A DNA stretch of 64,000 nucleotides, taken from positions 448,001 through 512,000 of the forward strand of contig CAVYSY010000026.1 of assembly GCA_963771175.1 (NCBI GenBank), written 5' to 3'. The notes beneath the pieces were generated by a model. The model did not search any database, was not told the DNA's origin, and saw nothing but the letters and a program-made list of their open reading frames with translations. Below are positions 33,062 through 45,986 of this stretch, one piece after another (positions within the stretch are counted from its first letter, which is position 1; each line of letters starts with the position of its first letter). The DNA is from an uncultured delta proteobacterium. Its GTDB lineage: Bacteria > Myxococcota > Myxococcia > Myxococcales > Myxococcaceae. Made by a program: the position numbers and the translations under genes.

Positions 33062-34695
33062 ATGCTGGCGCGGGTGCGGTCGGGCGCGTTGATGGGCATC
33101 GACGCGGTGGTGGTGGAGTGCGAGGTGGATATGGCTCTCGGGCTCCCTTATTTCAATGTCGTAGGTCTGCCAGAGGGGGCGGTGCGCGAGTCCAAGGTGC
33201 GCGTCGTCTCGGCGCTGAAGAACAGTGGCTTCGAGTTGCCGCAGAAGCGCATCACCGTGAACCTGGCTCCAGCGGACATCCGCAAGGAGGGCGCTGCATT
33301 CGAGCTGCCCATCGCGCTGGGGGTGCTGGCGGCGGCGAAGCTGATGGAGGAGGAGCCCCTGGGGCGCTACCTCTTCGGCGGGGAGCTGTCGCTGGACGGG
33401 TGGGTGAAACCCATCAAGGGCGTGCTGCCGCTGGCGGTGGCGGCGCGTGACGGGGGCTACGCGGGGGTGATGGTCCCGGCGGCGAACGCGGCCGAGGCGG
33501 CGCTGGTGGGGGGCATCCACGTGCTGGCCGTCCACCACCTGCGGGAGGCGGTGGAGCACCTCACCGGCGAGAAGCCCCTGGCCCCCTTCTCCCGCGAGGA
33601 CGGCGCCCCGCCTCCCTCGCGCGGGCGCCAGGCCCCGCTGGACATGTCCGACGTCCGGGGCCAGGCGGACCTGAAGACGGCGCTGGAGCTGGCCGCCGCT
33701 GGAGGCCACAACGCCTTGCTCTGCGGGCCTCCGGGTTCGGGCAAGACGATGCTGGCCCGGCGACTGCCCGGCATCCTCCCCACGATGGCCTTCGACGAGG
33801 CGCTGGAGGTGACGAAGATCTACTCCGTGCTCGGACTGCTGGGGGACGAGCAGTCGATGATGCGCGAGCGGCCCTTTCGTGCGCCCCACCACACCATCTC
33901 CGACGCGGGGCTGGTGGGTGGAGGCCCCGCCACGAGGCCCGGAGAGCTCTCCCTGGCGCACCACGGGGTGCTCTTCCTCGATGAGCTCCCCGAGTTCCGC
34001 AAGAACGTGCTGGAGGTGCTGCGTCAGCCCCTGGAGGAAGGCTCCATCCACCTGGCGCGCGCCACCCAGCATGTCACCTACCCCTGCCGGGTGATGCTGG
34101 TGGCGGCGATGAACCCGTGCCCATGCGGCTACTTCAACGTCCCCGGGCGGAACTGCACCTGCAAGGAGCACCGTATCTTCGACTACCACTCCCGGGTGAG
34201 CGGGCCCCTGCTGGACCGCATCGACATCACCCTGCAGACGCGCCCGGTGGAGTACCACCACATCGCCCGGAACGACGGCGAGGAGCCACCAAGCGCGTAC
34301 TACCGCGAGCGCGTCGAGGCCGCCCGCGAGCGCCAGCGGGCACGCTTCCGGGACGAGCCCGGCGTGCACTGCAACGCGCAGATGCCCGCGCGACTCCTCC
34401 GTCGCTACTGCAAGCCCTCCCCGCGCGCCGAGAGATGCTCGAGCGGGCCGTGCTCCAATACGGCCTGTCCGCGCGCGCCCACGACCGCATCCTCAAGCTG
34501 GCGCTGTCCAGGGCGGACCTCGAAGGGCACGACCGCATCGAGGACGTGGACATCCACCTCGCCATCGACTGCCGCCAGATGGACCGCCGGGGCTGGCTGC
34601 ACACCAACACCCAGGGCGGCCCGCCCGCCCGACAGGATGCCTTCAACCGGTTGCTGCCTCCCGCGCGGGACTCCCGGCATCCCGAGGACCCGTGA
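33062..34695 (+). CDS. comM: YifB/ComM Mg-chelatase-like AAA+ ATPase, frameshift near 34432
   Basis: VVGLPEGAVRES, ITVNLAPAD, GPPGSGKT, FRAPHHT, FLDELPEF, NPCPCG. Confidence 0.92.
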
Positions 34696-35983
34696 GGGTT
34701 CCCTCCCCTCCCCCCGTGGGCCGCACCAACTCCGGCAGCGGGCCGGTGATGAGGCGCGCCGAGCGCTTGAAGGCGAGGAACGAGTACGCCCAGTCGAGGA
34801 GCACGGCCAGCTTGCTGCGGAAGCCGATGAGGAAGAGGATGTGGATGCCGAGCCACGCCATCCACGCGCTGAAGCCCGAGGACTCGATGCGCTGGAAGGC
34901 CACTCCCACCGCCTTGCCTCGCCCGATGACCGCGTAGGTGCCTCGGTCCCAGTAGTGGAAGGGCGCCATCGACTGGCCCGCCAGGTGGCGGCGGATGTTG
35001 TTCGCGGCGTGCTTGCCCTGCTGCATGGCCGCGGGCGCCACACCCGGGATGGGGTTGCCGTCCTGGACGAAGTGCGCGAGGTCTCCAATGATGAAGACAT
35101 CCTGTCGGCCCGGCAGGGTGAGCTCGGGGGCCACCTTCACTCGGCCCGCTCGATCCAGCTCCGCGCCCATCGAGCGCGCCACCGGAGAGGCGGCCACCCC
35201 GGCGGCCCAGAGGGTGGTCCTCGTCGGAATCCGCTCGTCGCCGATGAACACCCCGCTCTCGTCGATGTGGGTGACCCGCGTGTTCGTGCGGACCTCCACC
35301 CCCAGCTTCTCCAGCGAGCCCCGAGCCTTCTCCGAGAGCGCCTCCGGGTAGACGGGCAGCACGCGCGGCAGCCCCTCCAGGAGCAGGATGCGGGCCTGCG
35401 AGGGATCGATGTTGTGGAAGTCCTTCGCCAGCGTGTGGCGGGAGATCTCCGCGAGCGCCCCAGCCATCTCCACGCCCGTGGGTCCCGCCCCGATGATGAC
35501 GAACGTGAGCAGCTCCCGGCGACGAGCCGGATCGGACTCGCGCTCGGCCATCTCGAAGGCCAGCAGCACCTTGCGGCGGATCTCCAGCGCATCGTCGATC
35601 GTCTTCAGCCCCAGGGCGTGCTTCGCCCACTCGTCGTGGCCGAAGTAGGAGTGCGTCGCTCCCGTGGCGACGATGAGGTAGTCGTAGGACAGCTCGCCAT
35701 CCGCCAGCAGCACGCGCTTGCCCGCTACGTCCACGCCCGTCACCTCGGCGAGCAGGACCGTCGTCTCCCTGCCCAGCAGGCCTCGGATCGGCGAGGCGAT
35801 CTCCCCCGGACTCAGGGTGGCCGTGGCCACCTGGTACAACAGGGGCTGGAAGAGATGGTGGTTCTGCCGGTCCACCAGGGTGACGCGCACCGGCGCCTTC
35901 CGCAGCGACCGCGCCGCGTACAGACCGCCGAAACCACCACCGAGGATGACCACGTGGGGAAGCGTCTCGCGTGGAGTCGTCAT
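34643..35983 (-). CDS. ndh: Type II NADH dehydrogenase
   Basis: GGGFGG, FQPLLYQVAT, GAGPTGVE, WAAG, AMQQG. Confidence 0.92.
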   Translation of the reverse strand: MTTPRETLPHVVILGGGFGGLYAARSLRKAPVRVTLVDRQNHHLFQPLLYQVATATLSPGEIASPIRGLLGRETTVLLAEVTGVDVAGKRVLLADGELSYDYLIVATGATHSYFGHDEWAKHALGLKTIDDALEIRRKVLLAFEMAERESDPARRRELLTFVIIGAGPTGVEMAGALAEISRHTLAKDFHNIDPSQARILLLEGLPRVLPVYPEALSEKARGSLEKLGVEVRTNTRVTHIDESGVFIGDERIPTRTTLWAAGVAASPVARSMGAELDRAGRVKVAPELTLPGRQDVFIIGDLAHFVQDGNPIPGVAPAAMQQGKHAANNIRRHLAGQSMAPFHYWDRGTYAVIGRGKAVGVAFQRIESSGFSAWMAWLGIHILFLIGFRSKLAVLLDWAYSFLAFKRSARLITGPLPELVRPTGGGEGTLTGPRDAGSPAREAATG

Positions 35984-36083
35984 GCTCAGGAAGTTCCTCC
36001 CGGTGGACCTGAATTCAACGGAATCGATGTCCGCGCGTCTACCCCGTACCCGGCCGCGATTTGACGAGCTAGAAGGTCGGTTG

Positions 36084-36893
36084 ATGAAGCTCTTGTCCCC
36101 CCTCATCGCACTCTTCCAGGCCGTCTTCGTCATCCTGTGGCTGGTGTTCTGGATTACCATGTCCGGACTGGCGGCACTCCTCACCCTCAACGGGGAGGTG
36201 CCACTGATGATGGCGCGGCGCTTCTGGGCCCCCATTCACTGGCGCATCACCGGCTCGCCCCTGCTCGTCGAGCCCCTGCCAGACATCGACTGGAGCAAGC
36301 CCCACATCTTCCTGATGAATCACCAGTCCAACTTCGACATCCCCGTGGCGTTCGCGGTGATTCCGGTGAACATCCGCTTCATCGCCAAGCACGTGCTCAA
36401 GTGGATCCCCTTCCTCGGCTGGTACATGACGGGCACGGGGATGATCTTCATCAACCGCTCCAACCCGCGCGAGGCCGTCCGCAGCATGAGGCTGGCTGGC
36501 GAGCGCATCCGCGCCGGCTCCAACATCCTCGCCTTCCCCGAGGGCACGCGCTCGAAGGACGGGCTCATCCTCCCCTTCAAGAAGGGCGCCTTCGCGCTGG
36601 CCGTGGAGGCCGGGGTGCCCATCATCCCCATCGCCGTAGAGGGCACGCGCGAAATGCTCCCCAAGGGCAGCATCCGGCTGCGGCGCCACCCCATCCGGGT
36701 GAAGATGGGCCAGCCCATCGCCACCGCGGGACTCAAGGGGGCGGCGCGTGATGCCCTCGTGACCCAGGTGCGCGACGTCATCATCCAACTCCACCGGGAC
36801 ATCGGCGGTGAGGGCGGCGTGCCGGATGCCGCCACCGCGCCGGAACGCAACAAGGGGCTCAACGCGCCCGACAACTCCGGCGCCCCGGCCTGA
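36084..36893 (+). CDS. plsC: 1-acyl-sn-glycerol-3-phosphate acyltransferase
   Basis: NHQSNFD, FPEGTRS, PFKKGAF. Confidence 0.9.
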   Translation: MKLLSPLIALFQAVFVILWLVFWITMSGLAALLTLNGEVPLMMARRFWAPIHWRITGSPLLVEPLPDIDWSKPHIFLMNHQSNFDIPVAFAVIPVNIRFIAKHVLKWIPFLGWYMTGTGMIFINRSNPREAVRSMRLAGERIRAGSNILAFPEGTRSKDGLILPFKKGAFALAVEAGVPIIPIAVEGTREMLPKGSIRLRRHPIRVKMGQPIATAGLKGAARDALVTQVRDVIIQLHRDIGGEGGVPDAATAPERNKGLNAPDNSGAPA

Positions 36894-36975
36894 GCCATCA
36901 GTCCCTCCAAGGGTGATGAACATCGCCAACAGCTCCACTCCGCGCACGCCAGCCATGACCCCCGAGAACCGTCGA

Positions 36976-37146
36976 CCTCCCGGTCGCGCTCTTGCCGAAC
37001 CTGTCCACTAAGTGGACAGGTTGCTCGCAACCGAGCCCGGCGGGGGCCCTGACTGCGGAGTCCCACCGGCCTCCCGGCCGCGCTCTTGGAAAACCTGTCC
37101 GACTGTCGGACAGGTTTTTCGAGACCGAACCCGGAGGGTCCTCTGT
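36976..37146. repeat. Tandem pair of palindromic REP-like units (94-bp period), locus B
   Basis: Units start at 36976 and 37070; palindromes centred at 37010 (aacctgtccact-a-agtggacaggtt) and 37104 (aaaacctgtccgac-t-gtcggacaggtttt). Confidence 0.88.
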
Positions 37147-37375
37147 CCGCCGAGGCCCCCTCCTGCACGGACTTGCTTCGGATGGCTTGGACCTCACCGC
37201 GAGTCCCACCGCTCCACCGCGCGGGACGCTTCGCGCGAAACGAGACGCCTCCGCTCCACGCGCCCCGAGGGAAACGCGCACGGCACGGCGGTTGCTCAAG
37301 CTCCTCCCGGCGCGCCCGGGCCATCCCGGCCCCGAGGCGCAGCCCCACTCATGTGAAGGGCGGCGAGGAGCGACG

Positions 37376-38423
<1,048 letters not shown>

Positions 38424-38427
<4 letters not shown>

Positions 38428-38928
38428 GCGCCGAGAGCCTCGAACGACACCGGCACCGCGAGGCGACGCTGACCCGCGCGCAGGAACAGGTGGCCCCCCT
38501 CGTCCTGCTCCAGCAGCTCGCCGAGCTGGTACTGGGCGTCCCGGGAGAAGCGGGCCTTCGCCCGGCCGCCCTTCACCCGGCAGGTGAGGACGCCGTCAGG
38601 GCCCACGGCGAGCGTGGCCGGGTCGAGCACCTCGGCGATGCGATCGCTCAGGCGCACGGACACCCGCTCGTCCCCGGTGACGTCCACGGTGCGCACCTCG
38701 TAGGCCGCGTCCTCCACCTGGACGTAGCACCAGTCCTTGCCGATCTGCAGCCGGTAGCGGCCGCTCTGCGTCGAGGCCGAGCGAGGTGTTGAAGAGCTCG
38801 ATGATGCGCGGGTGCTCGATGGGCTCGTCGTCGTGCCACCAGCGCAGCCGCGCGTCGAGGCGGATGCCGCTGTCCTCGCGGGTGTGCCAGCGCTTGCCGG
38901 GGAGGAGGTCTGCCAGCGGTTGTCTCAC
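38424..38928 (-). CDS. DUF1285-like hypothetical protein, frameshifted
   Basis: GIRLD...[13 protein letters not shown]...VEDA...[11 protein letters not shown] across frames. Confidence 0.6.
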
Positions 38929-38980
38929 GAGGCGTTACTGCTCGCCCGGGGGCGGCGCGTCAAGCGCACGCGCCCGGGCG

Positions 38981-40499
38981 CTACCAGTGCCGGACATACT
39001 CGGTGTAGCCGCGGAAGGCCACCGCACCCCAGAAGTTCACCAGCACGCCCGACGGCCAGCGCGGCCAGGACGGCACGGTTGCGCAGCGACCAGCCGCCGA
39101 TGGCGAAGAGCAGCAGGAGGTAGCGGCGTGTAGTCGAGGCTGAAGCGGAAGCCGAACTGCATGTACCCGGTGTTCTGGTAGAAGAGCCCGGGCAGCGCGG
39201 TCACGCGCCACGCGTGAGCCACAGCGGCCAGTGCAGGCGCGGGCGCTGCCTCGGCACCAGCAGGAAGACGAGCAGCGGCAGCGTCAGCAGCAGCGACAGC
39301 CCGTGCGGATCGTAGCCCGAGCTCGCAGCGGGTCCAGCTGAGAGGCGCGGCAGCTTGAGGAAGGCCGCCTCCAGGTTGCGCTGCGAGGTAGTGCAGGTCG
39401 AAGAGGCCCGTAGCGGTCGATGTCGACGTTGACCCGGTTGTTGTAGAGGAACGCGTGACCGAACTCGCCCGGGCTGCCGAAGCGGTAGACGTTGTAGGCC
39501 GCCGCCAGCAGCCGCCAGCGGCGCGGCCCCCAGCGCGAAGCAGCCCCAGCTTGGCGCAGCCGCCGGGCGTCCGCTGCGGAGCCAAGGCCCGCGAGCTGCT
39601 CGAGCCGGCTGCCGCGCTCGGGGCACAGCGCCTCGAGCACGAAGAAGAGCCCGGTGAACACCAGCGGCGTGCGCGTGAGCGTCGCCATGGAGAAGAAGAG
39701 CCCGGCCAGCAGCGGGCCGCGCGCGCCGCACCGCGTTGCGCAGGTAGAGGCAGGTGAAGGCCACGCCCATCACCTCGGCGCGTGAACCACACCTCGCCGC
39801 GGATGGCGCAGTAGAAGAGGACGCGTCCCGAAGGCGAGCAGCAGCGCCAGGACGCACGTTCTCCGGCGGTCGCGGCGCTGCTCTCCCCCGGCGCGCGAGC
39901 GAGCGCAGCAGCGCGAAGAAGAGCGCCACCGCGAGCGCCCCGACGACGACCCCGAAGGAGGTGTCGTTGAACTGGTAGCCGTGCAGCGCCACGAAGGGCA
40001 GCATCACCACCGCGGGGAACGACGGGAAGCTCACGAACCAGCGGTCGGTCGGGCGCAGCCGCGCCCTCGCAGCGCACCTTCTGCCCCGTCGACCTCGCGC
40101 ACGCAGGCCCAGTCCTCGAGGTTCGGCAGCACCTCGGGATCCAGGTCCAGCCGCCCCTCGAGCCACGCCTGCGCCTGGTACACGAAGTGCGGCGCGTCGC
40201 TCTGGCGCAGGAAGCGCTGCGAGCTGAAGCGCGCCGAGCACCACGAAGCTCACCAGGAAGAGCAGCACCTCCACCCGGTACGCCGCGCAGCCACATGCGC
40301 AGCGCCGCCCCCGCGCTCCCGGCTCCCGGGCTGGCGGGCGCGCACGTCCTCCCTGGGCGTCGTCGGAGCGCCTTCCGCGGAGGGACGCTCGGGCGAGCGG
40401 CGAGGCCGTCCGGGACTCATCGGGCAGCTCGGGAGCGGGCGAGGTGGGCTCACGGGCCTGCGTGGACGGCTTGGAACGCTTGGACTTGGAGCGGCTCAT
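38981..40499 (-). CDS. Polytopic membrane protein (GT-C-like), multiply frameshifted
   Basis: Fragments WFVSFPSFPAVVM, YNVYRFGSPGEFG, YQNTGYMQFGFRFSLDY in different frames. Confidence 0.55.
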
Positions 40500-40515
40500 G
40501 GGGCGGAAGGCGCGG

Positions 40516-41802
40516 TCAGCAGGCGCTCACGCAGCAGCTCGAGCGCATGGACGGCGGCGAAGAGACGCACGAGCTCTGCGATCGCCCGCGAATGGAGAAT
40601 CGCTCGCAGCGCGCGGGAGCCCCCGGTCCGCGGCGAGCGCACAGTAGACGGTTCCCACGGGGTTCTCGGCGGTCCCTCCCGTCGGGCCCGCGACAGCCGG
40701 TCACGGACGAGCCCGTAGGTCGTCCCGCAGGCGGCGCGGATGCCCTCGGCCATGCGCCAGCGCCACCTCGGGCTCGACACCGCCCCGTGGCGCTGCGAGC
40801 AGCTCGGCGCGGCACCGCCGGCCCAGGCCGTCTTCATCGGCCTCGGTGTAGACCACCGCGCCGCCGATGAACGACGCTCGCTCGCCCCGGCACCGCGGTG
40901 AGCTGCGCGCGATGAGAGCCCGCCGGTGCAGCTCTCGGCCACCGCGAGCGTGGCCCGCGGCCGCTGTCAGCAGCCTCGCCAGCGACCTCGCGCGTAGCGT
41001 CTCCCCGTCCGCGCCGAACACCGCGCGGCCCAGCATCCGCTCGGGCGGCGGCCTCGGCGGCGGCCAGCGCCGCGCTCGGCCTCGGCCTGGGTGGGCGCCT
41101 CCGCCATCAGCTTGAGCTGGTTCTCCGGCGCGTGCGGTGCGAAAGCCGAACATGCACCCGCGGGTGCGCGCGCGGCGCAGCGGGGCCACGCGCGCGTCGA
41201 GCAGCGGACTCGGGCAGGCCCACGCGTGCGCAGCAGCCGGAAGGCGCGGTGGGTGCGCTGCCGGCCGCGCCTCCAGCTGCGCGTCGCACGCCGCGGCAGC
41301 ACCTCGCCGTCCACCAGCGCCCGGTACTCGCGGGGCACCCCGGGCACGAAGAAGAGCCGGCAGCCGCCGAGCCGCAGCGATGAACATGGGCGCGGCTGCC
41401 CACGGGGTTGAGCACCACCTCGGCGCCCTCGGGCACCCGAGCGCCTGCGGGCGATGTTGGGCGTCAGCGCGCCGGCCCCGGCGCGCGGAAGCGCTCGCGG
41501 AGGTGCCGCGAGCGCCCGGGCGTCCTCGACCAGCGGCACGCCCGGCCGCCTGCGCGGCGCACTCGGCGGTGAAGTCGTCCGCGGTGGGGCCCAGCCCGCC
41601 CGAGACCAGCACCACGTCCGCGCGGGCGGCGGCCTCGCGCAGGCGCGCGGACGATGTCCTCGCGCACGTCGCCCACCAGCACCACCCGCGCTGCACCTTG
41701 AGGCCCAGCTCGAAGAGCCGCGCCTCCAGGTAGGGGCTGTTGGTGTCGGCGATCAGGCCGGTGACGAGCTCGTCACCGGTGCACAGCAAGCTCGACGCGC
41801 AT
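40516..41802 (-). CDS. cinA: Competence/damage-inducible protein CinA, multiply frameshifted
   Basis: LCTGDELVTG..DTNS, SGGLGPTADDFT, PGVPRE, AESCTGG fragments. Confidence 0.85.
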
Positions 41803-41857
41803 GGGCGGCGCATCCTAGCGGCACGCGCCGTCCCCAGCACGCGCCAAGCTGAGGAAG

Positions 41858-42705
41858 CTACGCCGACGTCCTGCTCGTCCGCGGGCTCGTCCTCGGGTCC
41901 TCGTCCTCTTCCTCCAGAACGGCCGCGGCCATGGCCGCCCCGCCGCCGAGCTTCCGGGTGACGAGGTGCTTGCGCAGCAGGAAGGCGGACTCGATGAGGC
42001 CGAAGGCGAGGTAGGCGAACGAAGTAGGCCACCAGCACGTAGGCCGGGTGAAGCGGGTGCCGATGACGACGCCGCTGGCGAGCACCAACATCAAGACCAG
42101 CGCCGAGCGTGCGGGACAGGCGCAGGTCCTTGAAGGTGCGGTAGCGCACCGTGGACACCATCAGCAGCGCGAGCACCGTCGACGCCACCGCCACGGGGCC
42201 CGCGGCCGCCGCATCGAGCACCTCGCCGCGCGCCGACGTGGTGGGCGATGACCATCGAGACGAGCACGCCGGCGGCCAGGGGGATGGGCAGGCCGACGAA
42301 GAAGCGGCCGCCACCGCCGTGGGGGCCGCGCATGGCGAGCACGTTGAAGCGGGCGAGCCGCAGCGCGCCGCAGGCGGCGAAGGCGAAGGAGAGGAACAGG
42401 CCCACGAAGCCCAGGGGCGCCAGCGCCCACTTGTAGACCAGCAGGCCGGGCGCGGCGCCGAAGGACACCACGTCGGCCAGGCTGTCGAGCTGCATCGCCG
42501 AAGTCGCTCTGGGTCTTGGTCAGCCGCGCCACGCGGCCGTCGAAGCCGTCGAAGAACATGGCGAAGAAGATGGCCAGGGCCGCCTGGTAGAGCTGCGAGG
42601 GGCGTCGCCTCGCCCCGCGCACAGCGTCAGCGCGTAGAAGCCGCAGAAGATGGAGGTGACCGTGAAGAGGTTGGGCAGGACGAACATCAACTTGCGGAGC
42701 TTCAT
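41858..42705 (-). CDS. pssA: CDP-diacylglycerol-serine O-phosphatidyltransferase, frameshifted
   Basis: LPNLFT, FDGFDGRVAR, LDSLADVVSFG, LRLARFN, FVGLPIP. Confidence 0.88.
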
Positions 42706-42804
42706 GCGTTCTCCTGCCTCCTGTGGCGACACTCGCGCCGTGCTGGGCAACGCGCGGATGAACGGACCATAGCAGGGTTTTATTTGCCCGATTCGCGGAG
42801 GGGC

Positions 42805-43974
42805 ATGGACGCAGTGCGTTGGACCCTATGGGTGCTGGCGACGGTACTCGCTCCTGGCGGGGGTGAATGGCCTGTGGGTGCTCGGGGTGCGCTGGTGGTA
42901 CCGCCTGCGAACGAGCCCGCCCGAGCGCCTGCGCGTCGCGCTGCCCGGACGGCTGGGAGCTGACCGTCCACGTGCGGCGCGCCGCGCAGCGCCGCTTCGA
43001 GGAGCCGGTGCTGCTGTGCCACGGGCTCGCCGCCAATCGCTACACCTTCGACTTCGAGCCGCCCTACTCCGTGGCCCACGCCCTCGCCGAGGCCGGCTTC
43101 GACTGCTTCAGCGTGGAGTGGCGTGGCATCGAGCCACTCGCGGCGCCCGCCGCGCGGGCGCCGGTGGACGGACTTCAACGTGGACGACCTCATCCTCCAG
43201 GACGGGCCCGCGCTCATCGAGCGCGGTGCTCGCGCGAGACGGGCGCGAAGCGCGCGCTTCTGGGTCGGCCACTCGCTGGGCGGGCTGGTGGGCTACGCGG
43301 TGGCGCAGGGCCCCTCGGGGGCGCGGCTCGCGGGGTTGCTCGTGCTGGGCTCGCCCGTCTTCTTCCCGCCGGATCCACTCCTGCGCCAGCTCATCGACCT
43401 GGGCGCGCGCGCCGCGTGGCCTCGGGGCTTCCGCAACGAGTGGCTGAGCCGCACGCTCGCGCCCTTCCTCGGCTACGCCACCCTGCCCCTGTCCGACGTC
43501 ATCGTCAACCCGAAGCACATCCTCCCGCCCGTCCAGCGCAAGGTGTACGCGAACATGATGTCGTCGATGAGCCGCAACGTGCTCCGCCAGCTCCAGGACT
43601 GGATCGACCACGACGCCTTCCGCTCCTTCGACGGGAGCGTGGACTGGCGCGCGGGGCTCGCGAAGCTGTCGCTGCCGGTGATGGTGATGGGGGGCTGCGT
43701 GGACCGGCTGGCATCTCCGAAGAACCTGCGCGCGCAGTACGAGCTGGTCGGCTCGGCGGACAAGAAGCTCCACATCTTCGGCTGCGAGCGCGGAGACAAG
43801 ATGGACTACGGGCACGGAGACCTGATCTTCGGCACGGGCGCCCCGCTCGAGGTCTACCCCGAGGTACGGGACTGGCTGGCGGCCCACGCCACGCCCCTGG
43901 CCTCGCTGCCTCGGAGCGAGTCTCAGGGAGCGGCTCTGCCCACACAGCTCGCCTCGGGCCCCGCGGTGCCCTGA
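42805..43974 (+). CDS. Alpha/beta hydrolase (lipase-like), frameshifted in 5' half
   Basis: LLCHGL, GHSLGG nucleophile elbow, YGHGDL. Confidence 0.82.
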
Positions 43975-45368
43975 GCCGGGCCCAGTTCCGTCACGCGGCC
44001 CAATGTCACCTTCGTCCCGCCCCGACAATCGGCCCACACGAGCCCCGCGGCGTTGTCCCGCACCGTGAGCGCATCCACGCGCAGCACGCCGTCCTCCAGG
44101 GCCAGCAGCGCGGGCCCGCCGGAGCCTCGCACCTCCAGGCCCACGGCCGTCACCTGCCCCAGCGTCTCCGCCTGAACTCCGGCCTCCTCGCACGCCTCCA
44201 GGGACACGTTGCGCAGCACCACCCGCGAGCCCTGCGCTCCCAGCACGCCCACGCCGGCCACGTCGCGCACCACCACGTCCTCCGCCTCCACCTCCGCGTC
44301 ACGCAGGTGCAGCCCGTCCCCCGAGTCCTTCTCGCGCGTCGTCAGGTGGGTGATGACGGCCCGCCGCAACCGGAGCTTCCCGCGTGTGACCGAGATGCCA
44401 TATGCGTCCGCTCCATCCACCCGGACCCCGCGCAGCTCCAGGTCCGAGCCCACCAGGAGCAGCCCTCCATAGCTGCCACTGCCCAGCACCACCGTGTCCT
44501 CCAGCCGCCCCCGTGAGCCGATGAGCGCCAGGCCCGCTCGCGCCGCGCGCACCGAGGTGAAGCCTCGTGTCTCCAGCGTGGACTCCACGGACTGGAGGCC
44601 GAACTCGTGTCCGGTGACGGTGACGTCCTCGAGCCGCAACGAGCCCCGCTGGACGGAGAGCCCCGGCTCGCGCCCGCCCTCCACCTCCGAGCGCAGCACC
44701 CGAACCTGTCCCTCCACCTGGTAGAGCGCCGTCCCGGGCCCGTCGAAGCGCACGGCATCCAGCTCCACCTCCGCGCCCCGCACCTCCACGCCCCGCCGGA
44801 AGGCACCAGCGAAGCGACCCTCACGCACCTCCGCGCGCACGCCCCCCGCCAGCAGCAGCCCCACCGCCTCCGGCCCTCCCGCCTCGAATGCGCTCCCCAC
44901 CGCCGTGAGGCGCCCCACCTCCATCCGCACCGCCCCGGCGCGCTGCCCGCTGAAACGCACCGACTCCAGCCGCACCGGCCCGGCCGCCTCCACCCCCCAG
45001 CTCCCCCCCTGGAGGCCCAGGCCCCTCAAAGTGGCCCCCTCCGGCGCCCGCACCACCGGACCCTCCCCCTCCCCATGCAGCACCGCGCCCTCCCCCACCA
45101 GCTCCAGCCCGGCCGGGAGGACGAAGGGCCCCGGGTAGCGCCCCGGCGTCAGGTGGATCCGAACGGGGGTGCCTCCCGCCCCGGCGTGGATCAGCGCCTG
45201 CGTCAGCGTGGCGAAGGGTCGCGCCCGGGAGCCGTCTCCCCCCGCTCGGAGCGCGCCATCCACCCACACCTCGGCGGGCGGGGCGGGCGACACGGCGGGG
45301 ATCAGCGCCCCAGGGGCACGACAGGCCTGGAGGATCAGGCAGGCGATCAGGAACAGGCAGCGGAGCAT
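43923..45368 (-). CDS. Lipoprotein with right-handed beta-helix (DUF1565/pectin-lyase-like) repeats
   Basis: GDGSRARPFATL and PGRY motifs; parallel beta-helix periodicity; LQAC lipobox-like. Confidence 0.7.
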   Translation of the reverse strand: MLRCLFLIACLILQACRAPGALIPAVSPAPPAEVWVDGALRAGGDGSRARPFATLTQALIHAGAGGTPVRIHLTPGRYPGPFVLPAGLELVGEGAVLHGEGEGPVVRAPEGATLRGLGLQGGSWGVEAAGPVRLESVRFSGQRAGAVRMEVGRLTAVGSAFEAGGPEAVGLLLAGGVRAEVREGRFAGAFRRGVEVRGAEVELDAVRFDGPGTALYQVEGQVRVLRSEVEGGREPGLSVQRGSLRLEDVTVTGHEFGLQSVESTLETRGFTSVRAARAGLALIGSRGRLEDTVVLGSGSYGGLLLVGSDLELRGVRVDGADAYGISVTRGKLRLRRAVITHLTTREKDSGDGLHLRDAEVEAEDVVVRDVAGVGVLGAQGSRVVLRNVSLEACEEAGVQAETLGQVTAVGLEVRGSGGPALLALEDGVLRVDALTVRDNAAGLVWADCRGGTKVTLGRVTELGPAQGTAGPEASCVGRAAP

Positions 45369-45616
45369 TCGATGGCACACACTATTACCTGTCAGGCATC
45401 CGCGCCTGTCAGGATCAGCGAACGCCACGCAAGTGATCGAAATGACAAAGAAAAACCCTCTCAATCGATCACATCCACACGCCCGGGCCCGCATTCCCAC
45501 ACGGTGCGAGCACGCGCGCCCGATACACTCTCCTCTCTAGAGGAGCCCCACGCTTCGTCAAATTCCTCGCGTTTCGCGCGGAGGCCGATCTTCCGGCCCC
45601 GCAGCCGTTGCCAGCA

Positions 45617-45646
45617 TTGACAGACAAAAGAGCGATTTGTTACCAC
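45617..45646 (+). promoter_or_regulatory. Putative promoter of HU gene
   Basis: Perfect TTGACA at 45617-45622; weak -10 (TACCAC) in an AT-richer spacer. Confidence 0.4.
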
Positions 45647-45685
45647 CCACCGGCTTTCGCAATTCAACGCGGCACGGAGGAGCGG

Positions 45686-45956
45686 ATGACCAAGGCAGAG
45701 CTCGTGGAGGTGGTGGCGGCGCAGTCGCGGCTGACGAAGAAGTCGGCGGCGGAGATTCTCGACATCGTCTTCGCCAACATCGGCAAGGCGGTGAAGAAGG
45801 ACCAGCGCTTCAGCTACCCCGGCTTCGGCACCTGGTCGGTGCGCTCGCCGCAAGGCGCGGAAGATCCGCAACCCGCAGACCAACGAGATGATGAAGCTCA
45901 AGGCCTCGAAGACGATCGGCTTCCGGCCCGCCAAGGAGCTGAAGAACTCGCTGTAG
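45686..45956 (+). CDS. hup: HU/IHF family DNA-binding protein, frameshift near 45847
   Basis: MTKAELV...YPGFGTW + RKARKIRNPQT...FRPAKELK. Confidence 0.9.
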
Positions 45957-45986
45957 CCCGCGGAGCTCCGCGAGCGCGCTCCGGCC

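Noticed and set aside
32888..36064. 1058-aa ComM fusion protein
   Set aside because: Artefact of a frameshift near 34432 that reads on antisense to ndh; the real C-terminus is in the frame ending at 34695
37150..37375. LexA/SOS box upstream of recA
   Set aside because: No match to the recalled myxobacterial consensus (CTRHAMRYBYGTTCAGS) seen by eye
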